The notes under the pieces were generated by a model. It did not search any database and was not told where the DNA came from. It saw only the letters and a program-made list of their open reading frames with translations. Below, one piece after another: positions 39,699-49,274 of a stretch of DNA of 64,000 nt (the stretch's first letter is position 1; each line of letters opens with the position of its first letter). Both the position numbers and the translations under genes were made by a program. Location: NCBI GenBank assembly GCA_944367535.1, contig CALVWQ010000008.1:6685-70684 (forward strand). Reading direction: 5' to 3'. This stretch comes from an uncultured Clostridia bacterium (lineage in GTDB: Bacteria > Bacillota > Clostridia > Christensenellales > Borkfalkiaceae).

Positions 39699-40997
39699 CT
39701 AAACCAAATCCGACAATTTCAGAACAGCGCTCGGCGCACTGCAACGCAAAATTTCTTCCTTTTCTTTATTTTTAAACACCGTATAGTAATACAGATAAAA
39801 CCATATAAAAATATTATACGGCTCGGGTACGGAAATCATCATGAGCAGCACCACGAGCAGGTACGGGAAAAAATATTTCAGTTTTTTCCTCGGCAACGCC
39901 CCCAATAACTTTCTGAGTATAAACAGAAAGTAAATCAGCAATCCGACGAACCCTACGTTACAAATCCAGGTGGAAAACAAATCCTTGCTCCTCGAACTGC
40001 CGAAGCCCACGCCGAAAGGATAATTGAGCCCCACTTTAAGCATTGTTATAAATCCGTCCCAACGCTCTATACCCGAAGTGTTTTCGCCCCTGAGTTTTAT
40101 AAGCAGTGCGGATACGATATTATAAAAATTATCGAAAAACACAATCACCGCCACAACGGCACAACCCATGATAGCCGCCGCCGCAATAAAAACTTTTTTC
40201 TTCCTCTTCAAATCTATATTTGCCAAAAAATACAATAAAATGAATAAAATTATAAAAATCAAGCCTACCAGATAGGTTGAGGATGCGGAAAGAATACCTA
40301 TCCATAGAGAAAGAATCATGAAAAGATAATCCCATATACCTTCTCTCATCTGCCATACGACTATAATCGCGGTAACAAGATAATAGCACAGCATCGAAGC
40401 CTCTATGCAGGGACCGTATATACGGGTGCCCTGGACGTTGCCGTGTACGCCCTGTCTGAAAAAATCGTCGAAAGGAAGCGAAAAGTAAAACGCAATCATC
40501 TGATAAATACAAATAAGGATAACCGCATAAAACCCGTATTTGAAACTTTTTATGCAACCTGTGGCAACTTGTATATCATTTGAATATTTTAATATATTGT
40601 TAAGGAAAAAAACACAAAAAAGAAGATATATTAACTGAGTAATATTGTGAAAAGAGAATTTAAGCGGAGTATAAAAACCGTCCTGGTCAATAATTATAAT
40701 TTCTTTATTTTCCAAAAAGAGCGGAAAAACAATACTTATGCAGCAATATGCAACAAATATAAGTAATGACAAATCTATTCTTAATCCAATGCTTCTGTTC
40801 AAAAAAAATCCGAGCACAAAATATATAGTAAAAAAATAATAAGACGGTTGAAATGAAAAAGCAGCGACGTTTATAACGCTCGACCCGCTGAAACCGGAAA
40901 AGAAAATCGCCGAATACAGAAAATACTTGTCCTTTTTAAGGACAAGAAAAATAATCGTAAGCAATATACAAAAATAGCCCAGATATGTTATCTGCAT
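39699..40997 (-). CDS. wzy: O-antigen/EPS polymerase (Wzy / O-antigen-ligase-like membrane protein)
   Basis: 432 aa with at least 10 hydrophobic segments, very A/T-rich. Sits among GT genes in a Wzx-containing cluster. Confidence 0.6.
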   Translation of the reverse strand: MQITYLGYFCILLTIIFLVLKKDKYFLYSAIFFSGFSGSSVINVAAFSFQPSYYFFTIYFVLGFFLNRSIGLRIDLSLLIFVAYCCISIVFPLFLENKEIIIIDQDGFYTPLKFSFHNITQLIYLLFCVFFLNNILKYSNDIQVATGCIKSFKYGFYAVILICIYQMIAFYFSLPFDDFFRQGVHGNVQGTRIYGPCIEASMLCYYLVTAIIVVWQMREGIWDYLFMILSLWIGILSASSTYLVGLIFIILFILLYFLANIDLKRKKKVFIAAAAIMGCAVVAVIVFFDNFYNIVSALLIKLRGENTSGIERWDGFITMLKVGLNYPFGVGFGSSRSKDLFSTWICNVGFVGLLIYFLFILRKLLGALPRKKLKYFFPYLLVVLLMMISVPEPYNIFIWFYLYYYTVFKNKEKEEILRCSAPSAVLKLSDLV

Positions 40998-41003
40998 CTG
41001 ATT

Positions 41004-42014
41004 TTACCGTTCCAGAATTTCTAATAATTTTCGGGCGGATTTTTCCCAACTGTATTTTTCGAGTTTACTCAGGTCGGGTTCGATGAACTCGATATCGGAT
41101 ATTTTTTCCGCTTTGTCAAAATCCGCAAACGTATAAAGCCCCTCTCCTATTTCGCGAAGCACGGGTATATCGTTGCATAAAACCCTTTTGCATCCCGAAC
41201 ATAACGCTTCTATCGGCGGCAGTCCGAACCCCTCGTAAACGCTCGGAAATAAAAACGCTTTGCAATTTTTATAGAGATACGAGAGTTCTTCGTCTTTTAG
41301 ATAACCGGTAAAGTAAAGATTTTCCGACAAATCGAGTTTTTCTTTGGCAAAAGACCTCGCGTTGCCGCCCGCTATAATGAAATTTTCATCGGGATTAAGC
41401 TTAGCAAGTCGTACGATAGATTTAAAATTCTTATTCGGGTTCATACTCCCGACCGCAAGATAATAATCCTGAAATTTATCTATAAACAAAGGTTTTACGG
41501 GCTTAATATCGGCAATATGTTCTCTGCCGCTGTAAAGCACATCTACCCCATTTACCCCGTAAAATTCCTCTATTCTTTTTTTCATATATTCAGAAACCGT
41601 GAATATATGTTTATAGCGCCTTACGTTCAGCCGGTTGATAATTTTATAAACAACCCTCTGTCTGAAAGAAAATCCTTTCGGCGCGTCAATACAACCGAGG
41701 TCATGCAAGACACATATACCCGGGAAAAAAACAGGCGCGACATTACAAAAGTTTATAAGGGTTTCCGCCTTTAAGCGGCGGCAGATTTTGGGAAGAATAA
41801 TCTGTTCCCAAAAATATCCCGCTTTTCCCTTTGTCTCGATAACGTCTATATTTTTAAAATCGATTTTGTTTACGGTGCCAGAAGGTTTTATTATGTGAAA
41901 CTTGAAACGTTCATCGTTAATTTCATCCAGTTGTTTAACTAATTCCGATGCGTATCTCTGAACACCCGTTATTCTCTGACACAGAAATTTTCCGTTTATA
42001 TAAATATCTTTCAA
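41004..42014 (-). CDS. Glycosyltransferase family 4 (mannosyl/rhamnosyl-transferase-like)
   Basis: 336 aa. E-x7-E block: FPSVYEGFGLPPIEALCSG. Confidence 0.75.
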   Translation of the reverse strand: MKDIYINGKFLCQRITGVQRYASELVKQLDEINDERFKFHIIKPSGTVNKIDFKNIDVIETKGKAGYFWEQIILPKICRRLKAETLINFCNVAPVFFPGICVLHDLGCIDAPKGFSFRQRVVYKIINRLNVRRYKHIFTVSEYMKKRIEEFYGVNGVDVLYSGREHIADIKPVKPLFIDKFQDYYLAVGSMNPNKNFKSIVRLAKLNPDENFIIAGGNARSFAKEKLDLSENLYFTGYLKDEELSYLYKNCKAFLFPSVYEGFGLPPIEALCSGCKRVLCNDIPVLREIGEGLYTFADFDKAEKISDIEFIEPDLSKLEKYSWEKSARKLLEILER

Positions 42015-42051
42015 ATTATTCCCTCGGCGATTTTACGCAATATAGTGACTA

Positions 42052-43170
42052 TTAAAATAATTTATCAATAAGATTATTGATGTTTTCACGAAAATTTTCC
42101 AAAAGAAAATTGTGTTCAACACGAATTTTTGCCGCCCTACCGTAGTTTAAGCGCATTTCTTCGTTATCCGCCAAAAGCCTTATGGCTTCCGCGTATTTTT
42201 CGCTGTTTCCGTTTTCAACTTCCAGTCCCGTGATTCCGTTAAGACTGACATAATTTACGCCGCTCCCTTCAATGGTAAAAGTAACGGCAGGCTTTCCAAA
42301 ATACATCGCTTCGGCAAGAGAAACTCCGAACGCCTCATTCTTAGTTATCGAAGGAAAACAATAAATATCGCACGCCGCCATATAAGCGACAAGTTCGTCG
42401 TCGGAAATTTTCCCCGTAAACTTTATTTTTCCGTCTCCTTCCGCGAGTTTTTTAAGACTCTCCGTAAGAGGTCCCGTTCCGCCTATGAATATCCTGAAAC
42501 GGTCGTCTAAATATGCGCTCGCCCTGATAAGATACTCCATTCCTTTGTAAGGCACGTGACGTCCAACTGCAAAAAGAATGATTTTCCCCTCATTTTCGGA
42601 ACGTATTTGTTCTTCATGTTTTTTGACATTCTCGTTTACAAAGATTCTGTCGGTGTTCACGCAATTAGGGATAACGGTGCATTTCTCGCGATAAAGCGGC
42701 AAATACTCGCTGTACTCTATATAATTAGGGCTTGTAGCGACAATCCTGTCCGCCCTGTCGCAAAGCCTTTTGTTCTGACCGTGGAAAAACTTTTTAAGAA
42801 ATTTTTGCTTGACTATATCAAGATGCCAATAAAGTATGAGTTTAAAATTCCGCGAAGAAAACTTTAAGAGGCTGTGCGCCACAAAAGGGTTGGGATAATG
42901 AAAAATCACGATTTCGGGTTGAAATTCGTTCATTATTTTTTTCAGTGCGCGGCCGAAACCCAAAGCGATGGGCTGCGAAGATAATTTCGCCTGACAGCCA
43001 CTCCTTATCACTTCCACACCGTCCACTATATCTGTATCGTCGCCTTTTTCATGGTTAAAACATATTACCTTGTTGTCATGACCTTTAAGCGCGTTGACAC
43101 AATCGCGTGCGACCTGTTCCACGCCGCCCACAAACGGAAAATAATATTTGCTTATGTGAAGTATTTTCAT
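42052..43170 (-). CDS. Glycosyltransferase family 4
   Basis: 372 aa. Blocks MKILHISKYYFPFVGGVEQ and FPSITKNEAFGVSLAEAMYFGKP. Confidence 0.75.
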   Translation of the reverse strand: MKILHISKYYFPFVGGVEQVARDCVNALKGHDNKVICFNHEKGDDTDIVDGVEVIRSGCQAKLSSQPIALGFGRALKKIMNEFQPEIVIFHYPNPFVAHSLLKFSSRNFKLILYWHLDIVKQKFLKKFFHGQNKRLCDRADRIVATSPNYIEYSEYLPLYREKCTVIPNCVNTDRIFVNENVKKHEEQIRSENEGKIILFAVGRHVPYKGMEYLIRASAYLDDRFRIFIGGTGPLTESLKKLAEGDGKIKFTGKISDDELVAYMAACDIYCFPSITKNEAFGVSLAEAMYFGKPAVTFTIEGSGVNYVSLNGITGLEVENGNSEKYAEAIRLLADNEEMRLNYGRAAKIRVEHNFLLENFRENINNLIDKLF

Positions 43171-43216
43171 TTTCAGACCCGTAAAACGCGGTTTATCCCC
43201 GCTTCAATATATAATC

Positions 43217-43245
43217 AGTATAACACAAGCGAAATGCGGTGTCAA
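43217..43245 (-). promoter_or_regulatory. Near-consensus sigma-A promoter for the GT/wzy/rfb/wzx module
   Basis: On the minus strand: TTGACA (43245-43240), 17-nt spacer, TATACT (43222-43217). It lies between the terminator at 43276-43304 and the ATG at 43170. Confidence 0.6.
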
Positions 43246-43275
43246 GGTTTTGTCTGTTTATTGACCTATTATGAA

Positions 43276-43304
43276 CAAAAAACGCCCTGCTTTCGGCAGG
43301 GCGC
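43276..43304 (-). terminator. Rho-independent terminator after the manC-manA fusion gene
   Basis: On the minus strand: gcgccctgccgaaagcagggcg followed by tttttt. Confidence 0.75.
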
Positions 43305-43313
43305 AAAAGACAA

Positions 43314-45560
43314 TCATATACTTGCGATTATTACTGTAAGTTTTCCTTTTATATTTATAATTTCTTTACTTCCTATAAACCATGTATCACCGAGACCCGT
43401 ATTATAACTTATGTGCCCGTTACCTATTTTCCCCGCCCCGTCTATCACTATAACCGCCCTGAACGATGCGCCCGCGGCGGCAAGCGAAAGTTCTCCGTCC
43501 ACTATATATTTTGTCGCGACAAAATATTTGCACTGCCCGAGCAGTTGTTTTCTGTACCCCGGGAATTCAAGTACGCTGTACTGCGCCTTGAAATCGGTCT
43601 TGTTTTTCTTTGTCTCCAACACCTCAAACGCCTTATCTAAATGCAGTTGACGAGATTTCCCTTTGTAACCCGTGCGCTCGTAATCGTAAAGCCTGTAAGT
43701 AACATTCGAAGACTGCTGAATTTCGCACACGAGGCACCCCGCGCCTATCGCGTGTATGGTACGCGCTTTAAGGAAATAAGTTTCGCCTTTTTTAACGGGC
43801 ACTTTATTCAGGACCTGTAAAATAGTGTTGTTTTTTATTCGTTCGCGTATCTCGTCCTTAGAAATATCCTTGTTAAAACCCATATATATATAAGCGTCTT
43901 TATCGGCGCCCATAATATACCACATTTCGTTCTTTCCGTAATCCCCCTCGTTCGGGAAAGCGTATTCGTCGTCGGGATGAACCTGCACGGACAAATTTTC
44001 TTTTGCGTCTATAAATTTTATAAGCAGCGGAAATCTCTCGTAATCCTGCGCTTTCCAACCGAGATTTTCCTTACCTATAACGTCGATATATTCGCCGAAT
44101 TTAAGCCCCTTATATCTGCCGCTTGCTATCTTGCATTGCCCCGCGCTGTGAGCCGAAAGTTCCCAGCTTTCGGCGATTCTGTCGTGCCGTCCGATGCTCT
44201 TTCCCAGAATATCGTGAATCTTGGTTCCGCCCCATACATAGTCTTTCAGTTCGGGTTTTAATTTTACGAAACACCCTTCTTCCGCTTTTTCCACTGCCTT
44301 TGAAGTGAAGTTTTTGCTGTTTTCGGTTTTTATGAGCGTTACCGCCCGCCGCCCCGAATTGGTTATCTCGTAACTGACGCCGCTTTTAAAGAATATATTC
44401 TCGTTTGCCTTTGCAGACCTCGCTTCTTTTTCCTTTCCCTGCACGCTCTCTACGCTGCCGTCCAGAACATAATAATTTACGCATGTCCCGACGGCAACAG
44501 TATCCTCCATTACACTCTTTGGATAAATGGTTATTTTGCTTACTTTATAATCCCCGTCGAAACTGAGCGATTCCTCAACGCCCCAATCCTGATAGTAAAC
44601 GGGGTAATCGTCAAAAAATTTCTTTTCGTTCTGATAATAGATTTTTGCTATTTCCTTGACGCCCGTCTTGCTGTCCTTTCGGGTAATAAATACGGCGTCT
44701 TTGGTATTGGCTATGAGTATGTTTTTAAGGTCGTTCGCGACGACAAGCCTGTCGCTCGCCGTATTGATAATACTGACGTCTTTGCAATTATAACTTATGC
44801 AGACGTTGTGATTATCTTCCTGCCTGCCGACAAAGTTATAATAGGACATTATATCGGTTATTCTTTGACAAGAAACTTTGGCGAGTACCATTTCGAATTC
44901 TTCGGTACTCATAACATCCGCCATGCCCAGATGGCTGACATAATCCCTGCTTTCTACAAAAACATTTTCGCTGATGCGTATATTTTTACACTGTTCGATA
45001 AAGGCATGGTCTACATTTTTTAAAATGACCGAAACTTTACCTCCCATTATTCCGCAGTCCACATAACACGATTTTCCCCAGACCGAAGTATAACGTATCC
45101 TGCCACCCACATATTCGAAATAATGATTCCCGTACTGTTTTTCCTTTGGTGCGGTAGCTACAACGCCGATTTTATCTTTCTTGATGACTTCTTTAAGGTG
45201 CGTTATGCAACTGTTATATTCACCGTCTATGACATTATCCGTCGAAACAATTAGGAATTCTTCATTTCCCTCGAAATTGAGTGCAAGCGTGATAATGGAA
45301 GGAGCAGTCTTCATGGGAGATTCTTCCATAAGTATGGAATATTTCAAGTCCTGAAAATCCTGCAACTGTGCTTTAACTATACTTTCATGTCTTTTGTTGG
45401 CGATTATAATAAATTCGTCACAGAAAGGTATGTTCCTAAGGATTGCTTCCTGGAACATAGAACGACCTTTCCTGATTTCCATAAATTGTTTGGGATAATT
45501 TTTTCTGGACAGCGGCCACAATCTGTCGCCGCTGCCTCCCGCCAGAATAAGACACTTCAT
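43314..45560 (-). CDS. Fusion protein: ManC-like nucleotidyltransferase + cupin region + type I phosphomannose isomerase (ManA-like)
   Basis: 748 aa in a single ORF. N-terminal ILAGGSGDRLWPLSRKNYPKQF. From about residue 435 a full type I PMI: KPELKDYVWGGTKI, LSVQVHPDD, NEMWYIM, TIHAIGAG, YRLYDYER. Confidence 0.75.
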   Translation of the reverse strand: MKCLILAGGSGDRLWPLSRKNYPKQFMEIRKGRSMFQEAILRNIPFCDEFIIIANKRHESIVKAQLQDFQDLKYSILMEESPMKTAPSIITLALNFEGNEEFLIVSTDNVIDGEYNSCITHLKEVIKKDKIGVVATAPKEKQYGNHYFEYVGGRIRYTSVWGKSCYVDCGIMGGKVSVILKNVDHAFIEQCKNIRISENVFVESRDYVSHLGMADVMSTEEFEMVLAKVSCQRITDIMSYYNFVGRQEDNHNVCISYNCKDVSIINTASDRLVVANDLKNILIANTKDAVFITRKDSKTGVKEIAKIYYQNEKKFFDDYPVYYQDWGVEESLSFDGDYKVSKITIYPKSVMEDTVAVGTCVNYYVLDGSVESVQGKEKEARSAKANENIFFKSGVSYEITNSGRRAVTLIKTENSKNFTSKAVEKAEEGCFVKLKPELKDYVWGGTKIHDILGKSIGRHDRIAESWELSAHSAGQCKIASGRYKGLKFGEYIDVIGKENLGWKAQDYERFPLLIKFIDAKENLSVQVHPDDEYAFPNEGDYGKNEMWYIMGADKDAYIYMGFNKDISKDEIRERIKNNTILQVLNKVPVKKGETYFLKARTIHAIGAGCLVCEIQQSSNVTYRLYDYERTGYKGKSRQLHLDKAFEVLETKKNKTDFKAQYSVLEFPGYRKQLLGQCKYFVATKYIVDGELSLAAAGASFRAVIVIDGAGKIGNGHISYNTGLGDTWFIGSKEIINIKGKLTVIIASI

Positions 45561-45610
45561 ATTTTTTTATAATAAAGCTTTATATGCAACCTTTATATTA
45601 AACGCCTGTG

Positions 45611-47374
45611 TTATAAACCGAGCATTTCGGACAGTGAGTCTTTCAATATTTCAAGCCTTTTTATAGCGGCTTGTTCCGTTTCGCACACGACGCCCATATA
45701 TAATTTTATTTTAGGTTCGGTTCCCGACGGACGAATACAGCACCAGCCTCCTTCAAGTTCGAAATACATGACGTCCGACTGCGGAAGTCCCGTAGTTTCA
45801 ACCGCGCCCGTATCGGTATCTGTGACTGTATTTTTAAGGTAATCTCGCACCCTCACGACTTTTTCGCTGCCGATTTGTTTTGCGGGATTATTTCTTAAAT
45901 TTTCCGTGATTTGCCTTATCTTGCCTGCACCGTCGGCGCCCTTCAAGACCTTGGACACGAGCGCCTCTTTATAGTATCCGTATTTACGGAAAAGATTATC
46001 CGCCGCTTCGGGCAAAGAAATTCCCCGCTCCGCATAAAATGCAGCCGCTTCTGCAAGCGCGGCTACTGCGGCGACGGCATCCTTATCCCGCGCATGCGTA
46101 CCAAGAAGGCACCCGTAACTTTCCTCGAAACCAAATATAAAATCAAAAGCCCCGCACCGCGCACAATATTTTCCGCCGTTTTTCTCCTTAGCGGATTCAA
46201 AGAGTTTAATTTTCTCGCCTATATATTTAAAACCTGTCAGCACCTCTATACAGGTTACCCCGTATTCTTTCGCGACAGCCGCCGCCATATCCGTCGAAAC
46301 AATTGTCGTAACAATCGCAGCGTCCTCGGAATGAACGGGCAGTAAGCCTTTTGCTCTTTTTTGAGACAACTGATATTCGGCAATGAGTATGCCCGTCATG
46401 TTTCCGGTAAAAGGCACGTATTTCTCGTTGCCGTCTTTTGCATATATTCCAAGTCTGTCGGCATCGGGGTCGGTAGCCATAACTATATCCGCACCCACTT
46501 TTTTTGCCAGTTCGAGAGCGTAGGAAAAAGCCGCGGGGTCCTCGGGATTAGGGTATTTTAACGTAGGGAAATTCCCGTCGGGCTCGGACTGCTCGGGTAC
46601 GGTATAAACATTTTCGAATCCGAGTTCCGAAAGTATCCTTAAAACGGGCACCTTCCCCGTCCCGTTGAGCGGAGTATAGACAATCTTTAACGACGGCGCA
46701 CGCTTTTTCAGAACGTCCGCGTTAAGTACGTTTTTTTTCAGTTCGGCGATATACGCGTCGTCGATTTCGCGGCCGATAATCCGTATAAGTCCTTTTTCTT
46801 TCGCACTTTCGAAGTTGATTCTTTTTATGTTCTTATAATCGCCAACCGCGCGCACGCTGTCGATAATCATTTTATCGACGGGCGGCACAATCTGTCCTCC
46901 GTCCGAATAATATACTTTATATCCGTTATATTCGGGGGGATTATGACTCGCCGTGATAACCACTCCCGCCGTCGCGCCGAGAGTTCTCACCGCAAAAGAC
47001 AGTTCGGGGGTGGGGCGAAGCGAATCGAAAATATATACTTTAAGACCGTTTGCCGCAAATATTTCGGCGCTCCTTTTTGCAAATTGCTCCGACATGTTTC
47101 TGCTGTCGAAAGCGATTGCGACGCTTCCGCCTTTATTCTGCGAATTTATAAAGTCGGCAAGTCCCTGAGAGGCTTTTCCGACCGTATAAAGGTTCATTCT
47201 GTTCGTACCCGCGCCGAGTATTCCGCGAAGCCCACCGGTACCGAAAGAAAGTTCTTTGTAAAACCTGTCCTCTATTTCCTTTTCGTCTGTTATGCTTTTT
47301 AATTCGGCTTTCGTTTTATCATCGAACACATCGTCCGAAATCCATCTTAAATATTCTTTTCTATAATCGCTCAT
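45611..47374 (-). CDS. Phosphohexomutase (phosphoglucomutase/phosphomannomutase, PgcA-like)
   Basis: 587 aa. Active-site block ITASHNPPEYNGYKVY and metal loop TDPDADRLG. Confidence 0.9.
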   Translation of the reverse strand: MSDYRKEYLRWISDDVFDDKTKAELKSITDEKEIEDRFYKELSFGTGGLRGILGAGTNRMNLYTVGKASQGLADFINSQNKGGSVAIAFDSRNMSEQFAKRSAEIFAANGLKVYIFDSLRPTPELSFAVRTLGATAGVVITASHNPPEYNGYKVYYSDGGQIVPPVDKMIIDSVRAVGDYKNIKRINFESAKEKGLIRIIGREIDDAYIAELKKNVLNADVLKKRAPSLKIVYTPLNGTGKVPVLRILSELGFENVYTVPEQSEPDGNFPTLKYPNPEDPAAFSYALELAKKVGADIVMATDPDADRLGIYAKDGNEKYVPFTGNMTGILIAEYQLSQKRAKGLLPVHSEDAAIVTTIVSTDMAAAVAKEYGVTCIEVLTGFKYIGEKIKLFESAKEKNGGKYCARCGAFDFIFGFEESYGCLLGTHARDKDAVAAVAALAEAAAFYAERGISLPEAADNLFRKYGYYKEALVSKVLKGADGAGKIRQITENLRNNPAKQIGSEKVVRVRDYLKNTVTDTDTGAVETTGLPQSDVMYFELEGGWCCIRPSGTEPKIKLYMGVVCETEQAAIKRLEILKDSLSEMLGL

Positions 47375-48435
47375 AATAATTCGGTCTTTCCGTTTGCTTT
47401 AAGAATATCGGTTATTTTTCTGACATCCTGGGCCCTGTCTTTGGGGCAAACAAGAACAGCATCCGGAGTTTCAACAACCACCAATCCCTTGACGCCGAGC
47501 AGCGCCACCGTTCTTCCTCCCGAAACGACAAACGAATCCTCCGTATCGACGAGAACGTTGTCGCCCAACGAAATGTTCCCCTTTTCGTCCTTTTCGTGCA
47601 ATGCCCCTAACATATCCCAACTTCCCACGTCGTTCCAACCGGGGTTGCACGGAAGAACGTAAATATTATCGGCTTTTTCCATAACTCCGTAATCCACTGA
47701 TACGGACGGAAGATTGCCGTATATGTTTTTTATGGCATTTTCCTCGTCGGCAGTACCGAATGCCTTTCTTATTTGCGCAAGTCCCTCATAAAGAGAGGGC
47801 ATGAGCTGTCTTATTTTCTCCAAAATTACAGAAGCCTTAAAAACAAAAACGCCGCTGTTCCAAACATAATCTCCGCTCGCAAGATATTTTTCCGCCGTGT
47901 CTTTATCGGGCTTTTCCACAAAACAAGCGGCTTTTCTTACTCCGCAAGTTTCTTCGCCTACCTTGATATACCCGTATCCCGTAGCGGGAAAAGATGGAGT
48001 TATCCCGAGCGTAACGATGCCTTCCGTCCGTTCCGCCGCATCGGCCGCTTTTTTCAGAACGTCTGCATACTCCTCTTCGTCCTTTATATAAGCGTCGGAG
48101 GGTGTTACGATTAAAACTCCGTCGCCGTGGAGAGTAAGTATTTTTACTGCCGCATAACCGATACAGGCGGCAGTATTTCTAGAACAGGGCTCCTTGATGA
48201 TGTTTAAGGACGGATAAAACTTGTCCGTAACTTTTTTCAGATTTTCAGCCTGTCCGACGTTCGTAACTATAAATATGCCTGCTTCGTCAACTACCTTTTT
48301 CAGCCTCGCAACTGTCTCGTTAATCATTGCGTTTTTACCGCTCAGATTGAGAAGCTGTTTAGGCATGTAAATTCTGGACATGGGCCAAAATCTAGTACCG
48401 CCGCCGCCGGCCATGATTACGCCGAATCTTATCAT
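47371..48435 (-). CDS. manC: Mannose-1-phosphate guanylyltransferase (no PMI domain)
   Basis: 354 aa. Block VIMAGGGGTRFWPMSRIYMPKQLL. 4-nt overlap with the mutase gene. Confidence 0.85.
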   Translation of the reverse strand: MIRFGVIMAGGGGTRFWPMSRIYMPKQLLNLSGKNAMINETVARLKKVVDEAGIFIVTNVGQAENLKKVTDKFYPSLNIIKEPCSRNTAACIGYAAVKILTLHGDGVLIVTPSDAYIKDEEEYADVLKKAADAAERTEGIVTLGITPSFPATGYGYIKVGEETCGVRKAACFVEKPDKDTAEKYLASGDYVWNSGVFVFKASVILEKIRQLMPSLYEGLAQIRKAFGTADEENAIKNIYGNLPSVSVDYGVMEKADNIYVLPCNPGWNDVGSWDMLGALHEKDEKGNISLGDNVLVDTEDSFVVSGGRTVALLGVKGLVVVETPDAVLVCPKDRAQDVRKITDILKANGKTELL

Positions 48436-48443
48436 TTTATCTC

Positions 48444-49259
48444 CTACTCGCCACTTCTGTCGAAAATAACCATAAAAAGACCTTTAAATATAATTTTAAG
48501 GTCTAACCATACGCTTTGTTTTTTTATGTACTCCAAATCAAGTTCCACCCACTTATCAAACTTGATGTCGTTACGATTCTTCTGTATCTGCCACAAGCAT
48601 AATAATCCGCCCTTTACCAAAAGCCGCTGTTTCTGATACTCGTTATATTTTTCAACTTCGCATGGTATCGGCGGTCTGGGTCCGACAACACTCATGGAAC
48701 CGTTAAAAATATTGAAAAGCTGCAACAATTCGTCAAGACTCGTCTTTCTTAAAAACTTTCCGAACTTTGTTATTCTCGGGTCGTTTTTCATTTTAAACGC
48801 AGGCGGATCGGCCTCGTTTAGGCCTTGTTCAATAAGTTTTTGTTTCATCGCCTCGGCGTCGGGTCTCATGGAACGTATTTTATAAAATTTAAAAGGCTTT
48901 CCGTTCTTGCCTATTCTCGTGGACACATAAACGGGGTTATGAAAATCTTCCAGCCACTTTATGAGAAGACATAAAAGAATCAGCCATGAGAACAATATTA
49001 TTGCAATACCGGAAGAAAATATATCAAAAGTCCTTTTTAAAAATAAATAAAAATTATACCTGCACCCTTTTTTTAAAGGCGAGGCTGACTCTTTATCCGT
49101 AAAACTCGCATTTTCCGATTGTCCGGTATGTATATTTTCCACGTCCTGCGGGACGGAATTCTCGTTATTTTCCAACACAGTACCCTCAAATGTCATGCCA
49201 ACTATATATTTAAGTATATCATAATATAATTTTATTTGCAAGCGTAAATACGCCAACAC
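48444..49259 (-). CDS. Priming polyprenyl-phosphate sugar-phosphate transferase (bacterial sugar transferase family)
   Basis: Blocks KRTFDIFSSGIAIILFSWLILL (TM), YKIRSMR, DELLQLFNIFNGSMSVVGPRP. The start is uncertain: GTG 49259 or ATG 49196, and neither has a clear SD sequence. Confidence 0.85.
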   Translation of the reverse strand: MLAYLRLQIKLYYDILKYIVGMTFEGTVLENNENSVPQDVENIHTGQSENASFTDKESASPLKKGCRYNFYLFLKRTFDIFSSGIAIILFSWLILLCLLIKWLEDFHNPVYVSTRIGKNGKPFKFYKIRSMRPDAEAMKQKLIEQGLNEADPPAFKMKNDPRITKFGKFLRKTSLDELLQLFNIFNGSMSVVGPRPPIPCEVEKYNEYQKQRLLVKGGLLCLWQIQKNRNDIKFDKWVELDLEYIKKQSVWLDLKIIFKGLFMVIFDRSGE

Positions 49260-49274
49260 GTAAAAGCGTGTAAA

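Noticed and set aside
40129-40557. 142-aa minus-strand ORF inside wzy. The same reasoning covers 51773..52093, 33684..33911 and 32996..33298.
   Set aside because: These are alternative frames nested in longer, better-supported ORFs on the same strand.
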